Of a stretch of 64,000 bases of DNA, positions 38,536 through 52,983 are shown piece after piece. This DNA is from Octopus sinensis (lineage: Eukaryota): positions 22,753,360-22,817,359 of the forward strand of contig NC_043019.1 of the NCBI RefSeq assembly GCF_006345805.1, read 5' to 3'. The notes under the pieces were generated by a model. The model did no database searches and was not told the origin of the DNA. It saw nothing but the letters and a program-made list of their open reading frames with translations. Position numbers and translations under genes: made by a program. Position 1 is the first letter of the stretch. The number at the start of each line of letters is the position of its first letter.

Positions 38536-39467
38536 GAAATAGTAAAATTTGGTATGTTTGTATATCTACTTCGTAGGTTAACACATATATATGAGTGTGT
38601 GTGTTAACACATATATATGAGTGTGTGTGTGTGTATGTTTTAGGTGTAGTTCTTATATAGTTAAGAATAGTAAAAATGTATTAATCAGCCTCAGATGAAA
38701 GTTTTCTTGCTTCCACCAGCCATTATTGCCACCGCCCTGAATCTTATTTTATTGGATGTGACAAGTGTAGTAATGTTGTATAGCTTAATATCGTAAGTAA
38801 AAGTACATTGTGAAGATCTGTAATTTCAAAGTAATACAGGAACTGGTGTCAATCTTGGAGCTGTGAATCCCACAATTGTTAGTGAAGGTGTATAGGCAAA
38901 GGTACACTTTGTATTAAGAAATTCTTGAACAGCAGATATTAGCAAGAGAGAGGGAGAGGATGGAGAGAGAGAGAGAGAGAGACGGGGGTCAGAGAAACTG
39001 AAAGAAGAATATATCCTCAAGGATGTTTTGTGTTACCTAATATATTTCATTTTTGTGAAGAATAGCATCTTTAGGCATCAGATTCTAAAGGACCACACCC
39101 TACTTAGTAGCATTTATAAATGAGTGTTACAACAGATTGTTTGTGTACTTCTGACAGGACAGGTACTGTAACCATCTTGATACTAATTCACCTGAACTTC
39201 CTGCTTCTATGATTATAAACATCCAGTTTCTAAAGTGATCTAAATTAAAACAGTCCATCAACATTTCACGTTAATTTGTTCCAAACGCCAGATTGATAAC
39301 GTTTTCCTTGCTAACCACTCAGGGAACCACCAAATCAATAATGTTAGAAGACTAAATTCTTCATTACTTCCATAATTAACTGAAACAAAAGCAGTGTATT
39401 TCAACAGAATTATGGCAATAAAAGGAATCAGGAGTATTTCTCTGCAGGTGTTTTGACAATCAAGGTT

Positions 39468-39840
39468 CATCAACATTTTAATGTCCACTTTTCCATGACT
39501 GCATGGGTCAAGCACAATTTGTTCAGGCACATTTTCTACAGCAAGATGTCCATCCTGTGACCAAGCCTCACCTGTTTCCAAGTAAGGTAATATTTCTCCT
39601 TACCTGGACACGTTTTCACAAGACACTGGATTCAAATGACACTGATTCTCACAACTAATACATGATGGAAAGGCAAGGAAACACATATGTGCATATATTC
39701 ACATATAAAGAACAGGCTTCTTTCAGTTTCCATCAACCAAATCCACTCACAAGGCTTTGCTCAGCCTGAGGCCATAAAACAAGACACTTGCCCAAGGTAC
39801 CACTCAGTGGGACTGAACCCTAAACCATGTGGTTGGGAAC
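39468..39840 (-). mobile_element. SINE with family-A head and RTE-type tail
   Basis: Same architecture as 4095-4505. Confidence 0.7.
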
Positions 39841-40809
39841 CAAACAGCCTGTTTCTTAAAAGAAAGAAGCTAAAACATGACAATGATACTTGTAAGCAGA
39901 AACCATCAATACATACAATTAACAAGTATTTCAGTGCATACTTGTGTTACACATAATACAGAGAGTGGACAAAAAAAAAATTAACTTTGATTATCCATGT
40001 AATTAGTAAACAAAAACTCCCTCAAAGTGTTTAAAATTCTAGAGAAAGAGGGAGAGAATTCCAATGATACAAGCTAACTGAAAATTTTGGGGAAAAATAT
40101 GGTAATGCAGAGAGGAATGAATCTTGTCTAATTTTTGTAGTTTACAGGTGTGTGTGTGTGTGTGTGTGCATGCATGTGTGTAGTGAAGGATATACAAAAT
40201 TTAATAGAAGAGCCACACAAATAGATAAACTCGTTTCATAAGCCGTGCTTTTATCTGAAGTCAGTATGATTTTAGTGCTGGAAAATATGGATTGCTCATC
40301 TACAAAGCACCAAGGTTAAAAAATTTGTGTGTGTGTGTGTAAGAAAAAAACTGAACAATACAAAGTCAAGTTTTACAACTTAAAACAGAGAAGAGAGACA
40401 TATAGATGGGTCATATAAAAAACAAAATACAGAGTATCAACAAGAAAGAAATCTTTAGATTGAAGAAACAAACACAGCAAATAGTAGCAGAGAGGAAAAC
40501 TAGGAATAAACTTCTGCCAAAATTTATCTTGATATGAAATATATTGAACAGTGAGAGGATCAGGAGGATCAATAAATGAGAGAAAGGTGTGGTGGAAATC
40601 AACAGGATCAGGATGTATGAAAGAGGATGAAAGGGAGAGAGAGAGGGAGTAGGAAAAGAGTGAGATGATAGGGTATTTTTTTTTAACAAGGTACTGCCTT
40701 GTCAGTAGGTCTCCACTGATTACTTTGTCATATCTGTTTGGGTCCTCATAATGGTAACAAGGTAAGAACAAACACCCAAGGTGCGTTTTGTTCAATGTTA
40801 ACAATTCTA

Positions 40810-41180
40810 GGCGTAGAAGAGACTGTGTGGTAAGTAGCTTGCTTACCAACCACATGGTTCAGTCCCACTACGTGGCACCTTGGGCAAGTGTCTTCTACTA
40901 TAGCCTTAGGCCGACCAAAGCCTTGTGAGTGGATTTGGTTGACAGAAACTGAAAGAAGCCCGTCGTATATATGTATATATATGTGTGTGTGGTTATCCTC
41001 CCAACATCACTTGACAACCAATGCTGGTGTGTTTATGTCCCTGTAACTTAGTGGTTCGGCAAAAGAGACCGATAGAATAAGTACTAGGCTTACAAAGAAT
41101 AAGTCCTGGGTCGATTTGCTCGACTAAAGGTGGTGCTCCAGCATGGCCACAGTCAAATGACCGAAACAAGTAAAAGAGTA
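40810..41180 (+). mobile_element. SINE family A
   Basis: Near full-length. Confidence 0.85.
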
Positions 41181-42126
41181 ATTCTCTTAACCTGTGAACT
41201 CGTGCTTTTATTTTAGTTTCTGATCCACAGAAGAATAAAAGGTAAGTTGGCTTCAACAGGGTTTGAACACATGACTCAAACAGTTGGAATGATTACTGCA
41301 AAGTACTTTATTCAACACTCTAATGATTCCACTAACCCACAGCCTGCGAGGAAGCCTCACTAAGTGACAGTGATGGTAGTAGTAGTAATAGTAAACGTCA
41401 TCTGATAAAACATTTCATATATCATTCACCTAATTTTATAAATCACTATTTACGTACCAGATCTCTCTGCCAGTTCTAAGAACGATGATGGATGTTTGCC
41501 AATACACACACAGAGACACACATAGTCGCACACATGCACACACGTCCTCAGCAGGTTCAAAAGAGGTACCAGAAACAGATGTTGCTCTATCAGATCTTCT
41601 TGGAAAACACGGGAGTTCTACATGTTCCCATTTTGTGTGTACTGTAATCAGTAAGTGTAGATAAGGCTGTGTGGTTAAGAATCTTGCCTCCCAACCATGT
41701 GGTCTTGGGTTCAGTCCCACTGTGAAGCAACTTGGAAAAGTGTCTTCTTTCTACAACAGTCCCAGGTTCATCAAAGCCTTGGGAGTGGATTTTGTAGACA
41801 GAAACTATATGAAAGCCTGTTGCAATGTGTCTACATATATATTGGGAGATTGTGGTTTTGATACCTAAACTAGGCATTGTGTTGTGTTCTTGAGGAAAAC
41901 ACTTCATTTCATGTTGCTTTGTGATCATTTGTCAACGGACATGTAGTACATCAGGTACCTGTGCAGGTAATGTCGATTTGAGGGAGGGGGTGAGTTTATG
42001 TGCTACACAAACATTTGATCAGTATAAATAGATCATCTGTATGGTTGTTCAGCAAGAAATTAGAGAAACCTCATTATGTCATCTAACGACAGGATAGTCC
42101 ATGATATATATATATATATATATATA

Positions 42127-42465
42127 TCATAATCATCATCATCGTTTAATGCCCGCTTTCCATGCTAGCATGAGTTGGACTATTTGACTGAGGACTGGCG
42201 AACCAGATGGCTACACCAGGTTCCAATCTGATCTGGCAGAGTTTCTACAACTGGCTGCCCTTCTTATTCCAACCACTCCGAGAGTGTAGTGAGTGCTTTT
42301 ACTTGCCACCGGCACGAGGGTCAGTCAGGCGGTACTGGCAACGGCCACGCTCAAATGGTGTTTTTACATGCCACCTGCACAAGAGCCAGTCCAGTGGCAC
42401 TGGCAACAACCTCGCTCGAATGTTTTTCACGTGCCAGTAAGTCGATGCTGGTAACGATCACACTC
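42127..42465 (-). mobile_element. RTE 3' UTR fragment
   Basis: (CAT)n-CGTTTAAT...GGTGC/GTGCCACC repeats. Confidence 0.8.
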
Positions 42466-42799
42466 ATGTAGATAGATAGATGTGTGTGTGTGTAACCACT
42501 GCTTGACAACTGGTGTTGGTTTACTTATGTCCCTGTAACTTGGCAGTTCAGTAAAAGAGACCGGAAGAATAAGTACCAGATGGAATGAAGGCTAAATACT
42601 GGAATTGATTTGTTGAACTTAATCCTTCAAGTGAAGTGCCCCAACATGGTCGCAGTCTAAAGACAGAAACAAGTAAAAGATGAGATGCTTTTTTTTTTAG
42701 ATTGTGTTTCCTCCATCTGCACAGATGTTCCTTCAATAGTTTTTGTCCTTCATTGCCGACTTCAACTTCAAGAAGCTGATTGGCCACTGTTGGTCACTA

Positions 42800-43063
42800 A
42801 TGTTGACATACTTATTTCTTTACTACCCACAAGGGGCTAAACACAGAGAGGACAAACAAGGACAGACAAACGAATTAAGTCGATTATATCGACCCCAGTG
42901 CGTAACTGGTACTTATTTAATTGACCCCGAAAGGATGTCGATTAAATAAGTACCAGTTACGCACTAGGGTCGATATAATCGACTTAATCCATTTGTCTGT
43001 CCTGTTTGTCCTCTCTCTGTGTTTAGCCCCTTGTGGGTAGTAAAGAAATAAGTATGTCAACAT
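42800..43063. repeat. Foldback palindrome of two SINE-B 3' halves
   Basis: Arms of about 126 bp, 11-nt spacer; inverted symmetry includes the non-SINE flank ATGTTGACATA. Confidence 0.9.
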
Positions 43064-44469
43064 ATATTGCAGCCAGTAGACCTCTGCTTCTGTGGACATA
43101 CATTGATCTCCAGAGTAACCCCCCCCCCCCCATGCGTTCAATCCTGGCACTAAATTCACCATAAAACATCGCTCTACTCCCAGACAGCTATCAGCTGATT
43201 ATTTAGGGTTTCACACCACCATTGGCAGGTGAAATAATAATGGAGATAAACCAACAAAGCAAAGCAAAGCAAATCAGCCAAGACAGTTCTTATCACTTCT
43301 TTACATTATTTATGTTCAACTTCCAAAATGAATATTTACTTTTCTTTTTCTCACCCTTTTTATTTTTTTAATCTTTTATCTTTTACTTGTTTCAGACATT
43401 AATTAGACTGTGGAACATCCTGGGGTACCACCTTCAGAAATTTTCAGTCAAATGAATTAACTTCAGCAATAATTTTTTTAAAATTTTTTAAGCCTGGTAC
43501 TTATTCTATCAATCTCTTTTGCCGAACTGCTAAGTTATGGGGATGTAAACACACCAACACCAATTGTCCAGTGGTGGTGGGGAACAAACACATACACACA
43601 TTATATGTATATATATATATATACACACATATATAGGACAGGCTTCTTTCAGTTTCCATCTACAAAATCCACTCACAAGGCTTTGGTTGGCCCAAGGCTA
43701 TAATAGAGGACAATCGCCCAAGGGGCCACAAAGTGAGTCTGAACATGGAACCATATGGTTGGGAACCAAGCTCCTTACCACACGGCAATGCCTGTGCCTT
43801 TTTTTCTTTTTCTCATAAAATTTTGTCCAGGAATCCCCCCCCCCCCGGTGTAGAGACTGCAAACCACTGAGGTCCCTCCCCCCAATCCCCATTACAAAAC
43901 AGTTAAGAAACTGAGAGAAATCCCTTGCTATCTTAAGAAGATAAGTCTAGCACAAATATCCCTGGCCTAAAATGAATCTAAACTACCAGTTCTCCTAGCA
44001 GCTAGGTAAACAAGAGATAATATAGAGACAGACATGTTTGATATAACTTCATATTGCCACCACCACCACCACCACCACCGCCACCATTACCTAGGTCGTG
44101 ACAGTCTTATCTCATTCTAACTGTTTTGCCCACCACCACCATCCCTTCTGCTCCCATCACTAGCGTGTCAAAACAATGGTCTGGCTGGAGGCAGTATTTG
44201 ATGATGTAGAGCAAAGGAATGGGAAGAGGAACTGGATTGGTCAGAGTGGAGTAAGGGATATATATCTCTTAGATTGAAGGTAACAGTACCACATGGTGCT
44301 GGTGGCGGCGGAGGAAGAGGATAAGGAGGAGGAGCAGAGGAAGAACAGGAGGAGGAGGAGCAGAAGAACAGAAGGAGGAATCCTCTAGAATTTCTTACTC
44401 ATGATTCTACCAACTTATTGCTTTAATTCTTTTATATATTTCAATCCTAAGGCTGTGGCCATGCTGGAG

Positions 44470-44501
44470 CAACGCTAGTAATAATAATGATAATAATAAT
44501 A

Positions 44502-44533
<32 letters not shown>

Positions 44534-44680
44534 TAATAATAATAATGATAATAATGATGATAATAATAATAATAATAATGATAATAATGATGATGATAAT
44601 AATAATAATAATGATAATAATAATAATAATACCAATAATAATAATAATAATAATAATAATACCAATAATAATAATAATCG
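44470..44680. repeat. (AAT)n/(GAT)n microsatellite
   Basis: Direct reading. Confidence 0.95.
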
Positions 44681-45905
44681 TTTCCACTAAAGGCACAAGG
44701 CCTGAAATTTGTGGGGAGGGGACTAGTTGAAGTAATCGACACCAATATTTGACTGATACTTATTTTATCGACTCCAGAAGGACGAGAGGCAAAGTTGACC
44801 TCCATGCAATAATAATAATCTTTTTTCTACAATGGGCACAAGGCCTGAAATTTGGGGAAGGGGAATAGTGATTACATCAGCCCCCAGTACACAACTGGTA
44901 CTTATTTTATCGACTCCTAAAGGATGAAGAGTAAAGTCAACCTTGGCGAAATTAGAACCCAGGACATGAGGACGGATGAAATACTGCTAAACATTTCATC
45001 CAGTGTGCTAACAATTTTGCCAGTTCATCATCATCATCGTTTAACGTCTGCTTTCCATGCTAGCATGGGTTGGACGAATGACTGAGGGCTGGAGAACCAG
45101 ATGGCTGAACCAGGCTTCACTCTTGATCTGGCTGAGTTTCTACAGCTGGATGCCCTTCCTAATGCCAACCACTCCGAGAGTGTAGTGGGTGCTTTTACGT
45201 GCCACCGGCACAGGGCCAGTCAGGCGGTACTGGCAACGACCTCACTCGAATCTTTTACACATACCACCGGCATAGGTGGCGCCTTAATAATAATAATATT
45301 GGTTTCAAACTTTGGCACAAGGCCAGCAATTTCAGGGGAAGGCGTAAGTTGATTACATCGACCCTAGTACTCGACTGGTATTTATTTTATCGACCCTTGA
45401 AAAGAAAGATAAAGTTGATATCAGCAGAATTTGAACTCAGAACGTAATGAAGGATGAAATACCACTATTGATTCTGCCAAATAATCCTTTCACAAGGACT
45501 GAAATTTTGGGAAAGTGGGATAACCGATTACATTAATCCCAGTCCTCAACTGGTACCTATTTTCTCAACCCTAACCCCCAGCGGAATTTGAACCCAGAAT
45601 GTAAAAAACAGATAAAGACCTGCTAAATATTTTGCCCAGCATGCAAATGATTCTACAGTTCACCGCCTCTAATGATGACGATGATAAAAATGGTTTCAAA
45701 TTTTGGCACAAGGCCAGCAATTTTGGGGAAGGAGTTGTCAATAACATCAGTCCTCATCCTCAACGGGTACTCATTTTAGTGACCCTGAAAGGATGAAAGG
45801 TGAAGTCGACCTTGGCAGAATTTGAACTCCGAATGTAAATCTAGAAGAGATGCTATTAAATATTTTGTCCAACACGCTAACAGTTCTGCCAGCTCACTTC
45901 CTCAA
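44677..45905 (-). mobile_element. Stack of about five family-B-related SINEs plus an RTE tail
   Basis: Same-orientation repeats of GGCACAAGG...GGATGAAAGG...TTTGAAC blocks. Confidence 0.8.
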
Positions 45906-45932
45906 TAATAATAATAATAATAATAATAAAAA

Positions 45933-45963
<31 letters not shown>

Positions 45964-46179
45964 AAAAGTGAACAAGAGAGTATGTGCATGTGCGTTTCTT
46001 ATTGCTATAATGACATCCCCATCCCACCCAGGGAGCAATAAAGGAATTATGTTGCTCATGTTATAGATACAATATAATAACTACAATAGGATGATATATA
46101 TAAACAGATTTATGATCTGGGGATAAGTAAATCAAAATTCAAATGTCTTAATATATCTGTCTTCTATAGCTTCATATAT

Positions 46180-46275
46180 GCACCCATATATATATATCCA
46201 TATATATACATATATACATACATATATATACATATATACATGCATATATATACATATATACATGCATATATATAC

Positions 46276-46313
<38 letters not shown>

Positions 46314-46592
46314 ATACATATATATATACACATATATATATACATATACATATATATACACATATATATACATATATATATAAATACATATATACATACA
46401 TACATACATATACATACATACATATACATACATACATATATATATACATACATATATAAATACACATATATACATACATATATAAATACACATATATACA
46501 TACATATATAAATACACATATACATACATATATACATATATATACATATATACATACATATAAATATACATACATATATACATATATATATA

Positions 46593-46626
<34 letters not shown>

Positions 46627-46688
46627 CATACATATAAACCCATGCTAGCATGGAGAGCGGACGTTAAATGATGATGATGATACATACG

Positions 46689-46720
<32 letters not shown>

Positions 46721-46801
46721 CATCTATGTATATATATATATACATATGCACGTGTATATATATATATGTATATATACATATGTATATATATACATATGCA
46801 C

Positions 46802-46880
<79 letters not shown>
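46180..46880. repeat. About 700-bp TA/TACA microsatellite with a 45-bp RTE tail embedded at 46636-46680
   Basis: Direct reading; CCATGCTAGCATGGAGAGCGGACGTTAAATGATGATG inside. Confidence 0.95.
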
Positions 46881-46882
<2 letters not shown>

Positions 46883-47328
46883 CACATACACACACAAATA
46901 TATAGTCGCACACAAACATATGTATTTATATTTATACAAACACATATATAGATATACATATGCAGGTATGAATATGTGTATATTGTGTGTGTTTATATAC
47001 ACACATACACCATTATTTGTCTATATATATAATACGGGATCCAGTTTCTTCTTCCACAAATATTCATTCACACATGATTTGCTCAGAGTGGATGATATGC
47101 ATGTGTATGTGTGCATGTGTATGTGTGTGTGTGTGTGTATTGATGCACGTAGCCAAATGTAAATAATGCATGTGAGCAGCATTAATGCACACATTTAATG
47201 CATCTGCAGCATCTATATGTGCATTTGCTTCTCCACCTGCACCGCACACACACACTCTCTCTTTACCATTTTTTTTTGTCTATATCTGTTATTCTTTGAC
47301 TTCCTTCCATATGCAGAGTTTATTAGCT

Positions 47329-47364
<36 letters not shown>

Positions 47365-47404
47365 CATAACAATAATAATAACAATAATAATAATAGTAAT
47401 AATA

Positions 47405-47440
<36 letters not shown>

Positions 47441-48023
47441 TAATAATAATAATAGCAGCAACAACAACACAGTCCTTTAAAATTTATGTTATAGGGATTT
47501 TTTATTATTATTATTTTTTCTTTTTTTTGTTGTTGTTGATGTTATTTCATGTTGGAAGCAAGGGAAAAAAAGAAGTGAGAGTAAAAAAAACGAAGGTGGA
47601 TTTTTTCTTTTTACTTTCTTTACTTTTGTTTGTTATCTTACTGTTCTTACATTTAGATACTCACTCTCTAACCCCTACCCCACTAACCCACCCTCATCCC
47701 TATACTGCTAATCTCCTCTTCCACATCTAAACCACTCAACCATGCCGAAGCATCAGTACTTATTTCGGGGTTGAGTTGACATAACCATTTTGGCTTGTGC
47801 TATCATTATTAATTATAAGGTTTCTAATCCTGTGACCTTCTCGACGACGAACAGTACCTACTACCAACTTGATGGCTGTGAATAGATGCAAAAAGAGAAA
47901 CTATTCTGTTCTCTTGCTGCCCCAGGAGATATCACAGGTCTGTTTGCAGGTAACTTTGCCTGGTGATTTGTGATGCAATAAAATGTTGGTTATGAGATTA
48001 CAAAAATGCATGAGCTTAGGTTC

Positions 48024-48056
<33 letters not shown>

Positions 48057-48059
<3 letters not shown>

Positions 48060-48652
48060 GGCAGCGAGCTGGCAGAATTGTTGGCATGCTGGGCAAAATG
48101 CCTTGTAGCATTTCATCCGTCCTTACAACCTGAGTTCAAATTCCACCTAGGTCGGCTTTCCCTTTCATCCTTTCAAGGTCAATGTAAGAAGTACCATTGA
48201 AACACTGGGGTTGATGTAATTGACTAGCCCCCTCCACCAAAATTTCAAGCTAATGCCTATAGAAGAAAGGATTATTATTATTAAGGCAATGAGCTAGCAG
48301 AATCATTAGCATGCCAGGCAAGATGGTTAATGGCATTTTGTCTGTCTTTACATTCTGAGTTCAAATTCTGCCAAGGTTGGCTTTGTTTTTCATCCTTTCG
48401 GGTTCAATGAAATAAGTACCAGTTACACACTGGGGTTGATGTAATCGACTAGCCCCCTCCCTCATTCTAGTATTGGCCTTGTGCCAGTATTTCAACAGTC
48501 TTTCCGTTCTGAGTTAAAATTCTGATGAGATTGGCTTTGCCTTTCATCCTTTCAGGGTTGATTAAATAAGTACCAGTTACACACTGGAGTTGATGTAATC
48601 GACTAGCCTCCTCCCCCTTCCTACTTTTGACCTTGTGCCAACAGTAGAAAGG

Positions 48653-48687
<35 letters not shown>

Positions 48688-49180
48688 TATTATTAATATT
48701 ATTCTGATGATCAAAATCTCCCAAGGCGATGACCTAGCAGATTTATTAGCACATCGGGTGAAATGCTTGCCGATAATTCATCCGTCTTCATGTTCTGAGT
48801 TAAAATTCTGCTGAGGCTGACTTTGCCTTTCATCCTTTTGGTGTCAATTAAATAAGTACCAGTGGAAAACTAGGGTCGATGAAATCAACTAGTCTCCTGT
48901 CCCAAATTTCAGGCCTTGCCCCTTCAGTAGAAAGGATTATTATTAGTAGTAGTCGTTGTAACGCGGCAAGTTGGCAGAATCTTTGCCCCACACCTAACAA
49001 AATGCTAAGTGGCATTTCGTCCATCTTTACACTGAGTTCAAATTTGATGAGATCAATTTTGCTTTTTGTCCTTTCGGGGTCGATAAAATAAGTACCAGTG
49101 GAGCACTGGGGCTGACATAATCAACTTACTTCCCATCCTGAAATTACTGGCCTTGTGCCAAAATTTGAAGCCATTATTAT
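48057..49180 (+). mobile_element. Stack of about five family-B-related SINEs separated by (ATT)n
   Basis: Repeated GGCAGCGAGCTGGCAGAA heads and GGCCTTGTGCC tails. Confidence 0.8.
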
Positions 49181-49910
49181 TAGTTAACTAGATTAGCCAT
49201 TTGACTTATTGACTAATGGATTAATCATTTCATCAGTCAATCAATCAACTAGGTTTGTTTGAGTCCTTTCATCACCATTCACAGGTTAACTACTTTAATA
49301 ATAATAAAAGAAGTGAAATAGAACCAGTGTGTGTGTGTGTGTTATCATTGGCATAATGACCCTCCCAAAATCCAACAAAATTTTTTCCAACACACGAGTT
49401 CACATCAAGAATTTTTCAAAGCAAATGCGAAAACAAAATTATGAAAGTTTGACATGATAAATAAATATATAAAATGCTAATATCTTTTTTGTCCCCAGCT
49501 CCCTTCAAAAGAGCTTTTAAAAGCTAGTTGGTTCTTAGCTCTGGCTTCATGGCATTAAGTTAACAAGATATAAAAAAAACAAAATCTTCCCAAGGAAATG
49601 TTGCATGTCTATCATAGGCAACATTTCCACTTGATCTGCTGCATATCTCAAATTTGCTCAGTGAACCAATGAGAAGAGAATTACACACTTTAGTCAAATA
49701 CATGATGAACAGCATTCAATGAAATAGCTTCAGTGGAAGTCATTCAGTCAACCTGCTACAAGTACACATGCATCTCAAGAGTAAATAGACACTTCTCTTT
49801 ATACCATTTTATATATGCAACACGCAACTACATAGTGTTTCAAGCCTGTGTTATTTTTTTTATTATTTTAGATTATAGTATGTTAATTGTTAACAGTAAC
49901 TGACCATACC

Positions 49911-50289
49911 TATTTCTTTATTACCTATAAGGTGCTAAACATAGAGGGGACAAACAAGGTCAGACATAGGTATTAAGTCGATTACATTGACCCCAGTACG
50001 TAACTGGTACTTAATTTATCGACCCCGAAAGGATGAAAGGCAAAGTTGACCTCGGCGGAATTTGAACTCAGAACGTAACGGCAGACAAAATACCTGTTTC
50101 TTTATTACCCACAAGGGGCTAAACATAGAGGGGACAAACAAGGACAGACATAGGTATTAAGTCAATTACATTGATCCCAGAACGTAACTGGCACTTAATT
50201 TATCGACCCCGAAAGGATGAAAGGCAAAGTCGACCTCGGCGGAATTTGAACTCGCCTGGCGTGCTAACGTTTCTGCCAGCTCGCCGCCT
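49911..50289 (-). mobile_element. Dimeric SINE family B inserted as one unit
   Basis: 14-bp TSD TAACTGACCATACC at 49897-49910 and 50290-50303; same junction as 16551-16972. Confidence 0.85.
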
Positions 50290-50666
50290 TAACTGACCAT
50301 ACCATGAACACCAGGTGCAAAAGACTTGGTTGATTTTCAAAGAGGGCATCCTTATCTTTTTTTTTTTTGATTCCCATGATTCTCTGTCACCATCCAATTC
50401 CATTATTATGAATTTGAATTGGGAGCTTGAATTATAACGAGTTTTTCATTAGCTAATTACCTAACCATGGATGCCACCCCTATGGATACTCTCTTGATAG
50501 AGGAATCCTAGATCTTGACCACTGATTCAGGATTCCTCCACTCAGCATCAATGTAAGAAGCACCATTGGCTCACCGCCTCTTCACAATCCATCATGCTGC
50601 AGTCCCATGACTTTGCCGTATCCCTGGCATACTGTAAGTCAATCTGAGTGTGAACATAGCCAACTT

Positions 50667-50790
50667 AGCTATCATAAGACTATACAAAACCTTGGGATTC
50701 CTCTTGCTACAGTCAACAGAATGGCTGTACAATTCACCAGTGAAAGAAAGAAATCAACAGTATCCCATTCAGGTCGACCAGGACCCTCAG
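50667..50790 (+). mobile_element. Tc1-like transposase N-terminal (HTH) remnant
   Basis: [23 protein letters not shown]...SGRPGPS resembles a Tc1 HTH plus GRP motif. Confidence 0.5.
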
Positions 50791-50897
50791 ACAAGTGCCT
50801 TTGGACTGTAGAAGTAAGGCAGCTGATGTTTCAAAATGAGTCAGAGTACTTCTGTGAAGTATCTCCATCAACTTGGCTACTATAGCAGAGCAGCTAG

Positions 50898-51202
50898 TTG
50901 TTTGTTCCTTCTCGAGCCATGCCTGGCTCATAAGGGCCGGTTTCCCGGTTTCTTGGCATATAGGTTCCCCACCTGGATGGGACGCCAGTCCGTCGCAGGT
51001 GAGCTGCAAGATGCAGGAGGAAAGAGTGAGAGAAAGTTGTGGCGAAAGAGTCAGCAGAAGTTTCGCCATTACCTTCTGCTGGAGCCGCATGGAGCTTAGG
51101 TGTTTCGCTTATAAACACACACATTGCCCGGTCTAAGATTCGAACCCGCGATCCCTCGACCGCGAGTCCACTGCTCTAACCACTAGGCCATGTGCCTCCA
51201 CT
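50898..51202 (-). mobile_element. tRNA-headed SINE with V-domain-like centre
   Basis: Collinear with 23919-24219; 12-bp TSD CAGAGCAGCTAG. Confidence 0.9.
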
Positions 51203-51750
51203 CAGAGCAGCTAGAAGGAAACATCATCGTTGACAAGTAAATATCTCCAAAGAAGGAAGAAGAAATAAATTGTTCAAAACTGATGGTGTCTAGTTACTTT
51301 TGAGATGCTTGAGCAGATACAGTATGGCTGGTTGGTTAAGAAGTTTGTTTTGCAAGCCATGAGGTCCCTGGTTTGATCCTACTGCAAATCTTAAGGAAAA
51401 TATAGTTTAAAAAAATAATCAGATAGAATAAATATCAGAGATACTTTTGATTCAGCAGAAACCAAAGGAGACACTTATAAACTAGAAATCTAAAACAGAA
51501 TGTTACAACTAAGAAAAGACTGTCATAACTTAGACACAAATTAATGTCACTGACTAAGAAAATCAGAATGTCATAACTAAATGACGGACTGGTGTCTTCC
51601 TCACACAGCAGTCATTCAATGCAGGTTATACACATATATACACATATATAAATGCTTGTTTTATGTCAAATTATATATAAAAACAATTTAACTTTAAACA
51701 GAAGGATTGCTCAAAATTCTGAAATTACTATCAACCTTTTCTTGTAAAAG

Positions 51751-51799
<49 letters not shown>

Positions 51800-52028
51800 C
51801 TGTGTGTGTGTGTATACATATATTCTCAGCTGAAGTGAAGACAGCATGTTCTTTGTCTATCTCTCTTACTTTCTTGGAGGTTTTAGGTAAAATTATACGA
51901 ATGTGTCCATCTGTTTTAATTTAATTTAATTCTATGTCTTTATGCAGCTGAGGATTGCTCTGCATTTAAATTGATGTAATGGTTGCATTGTTCAATTAAA
52001 TGAAGTTGCTTATTTTGATTATATATAT

Positions 52029-52158
52029 ATTTATTTTATAGAAGGAGCTTCTACAGGACTAGAACTGTTTCATTCAAATGAAATCATCAGGAAGCTTCCT
52101 GATGATTTCATTTGAATGAAACTACTAGTCCTGTAGAAGCTCCTTCTATAAAATAAAT
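52029..52158. repeat. 130-bp loop-less palindrome
   Basis: Centre GGAAG|CTTCC; arms differ only at one small internal patch. Confidence 0.95.
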
Positions 52159-52223
52159 TAATTTACTCTGCTATGTATTGAGTACCTTATTTACTGTGGT
52201 TAACCCCGACTCAACCCGGGACC

Positions 52224-52270
<47 letters not shown>

Positions 52271-52443
52271 CTATACATATATACACACACATGTATATGT
52301 ATTTTCTTACTTTTGGGTTAACCAGGCTACCATTGATTTCCTGTTAAGAGAGGTATATCCCTTAACAATTATCAAGCATATTGCATGGAAGTTGATGCTC
52401 ATGCAGTGTTGAGCACTCCTTTTCACTGTCCTATATTAATGTG

Positions 52444-52495
<52 letters not shown>

Positions 52496-52983
52496 ACACA
52501 CTCTGAACATAAGATGGGTACAATATCTGGGCCCGATATGGCCAGTTTAGATAATAAAGGGTTAACAAGCCAAAATTTGAACAACTAACTATGAGCAGAC
52601 TGTGCACGAGTATAAGTGCTGGGAGAACATCTACGAACGATATGTTAAATATACAAATTGTATAGCAAACAGGTCTTCTGAAGAAAATTATATTCAGCAA
52701 ATGAGCTGAAATTTGAATAACAAATGAGGAGATTGCACAGATATAAGTGGCTGTGAGAGCCTATAGAAACGGTTCATTATCATCCATGTATGTAATTCAT
52801 GGAGCTTGCAAATTTCCATATTTTATATAGAAAATAATAATGTTTCTTGTATGTTTAGCTAAAAACAACCATGGAACAACAGAAGTAAGACAAAGGGGAA
52901 AATGCACACACACACACACACACACACATTTTATTCTTTTACTTGGTTCAGTCATTTGACTGCTGCCATGCTGGAGCACTGCC

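Noticed and set aside
38695-38796. Short hydrophobic ORF MKVFLLPPAIIATALNLILLDV... with a GTAAGT donor
   Set aside because: 33 codons only, no further exon identifiable; expected by chance in AT-rich DNA.
40691-40761. Plus-strand segment ending in AAG|GTAAGA
   Set aside because: All three frames are closed and there is no other plus-strand gene evidence.
44290-44390. Glu/Gly-rich apparent coding stretch
   Set aside because: GGA/GAA simple repeat with an in-frame stop.
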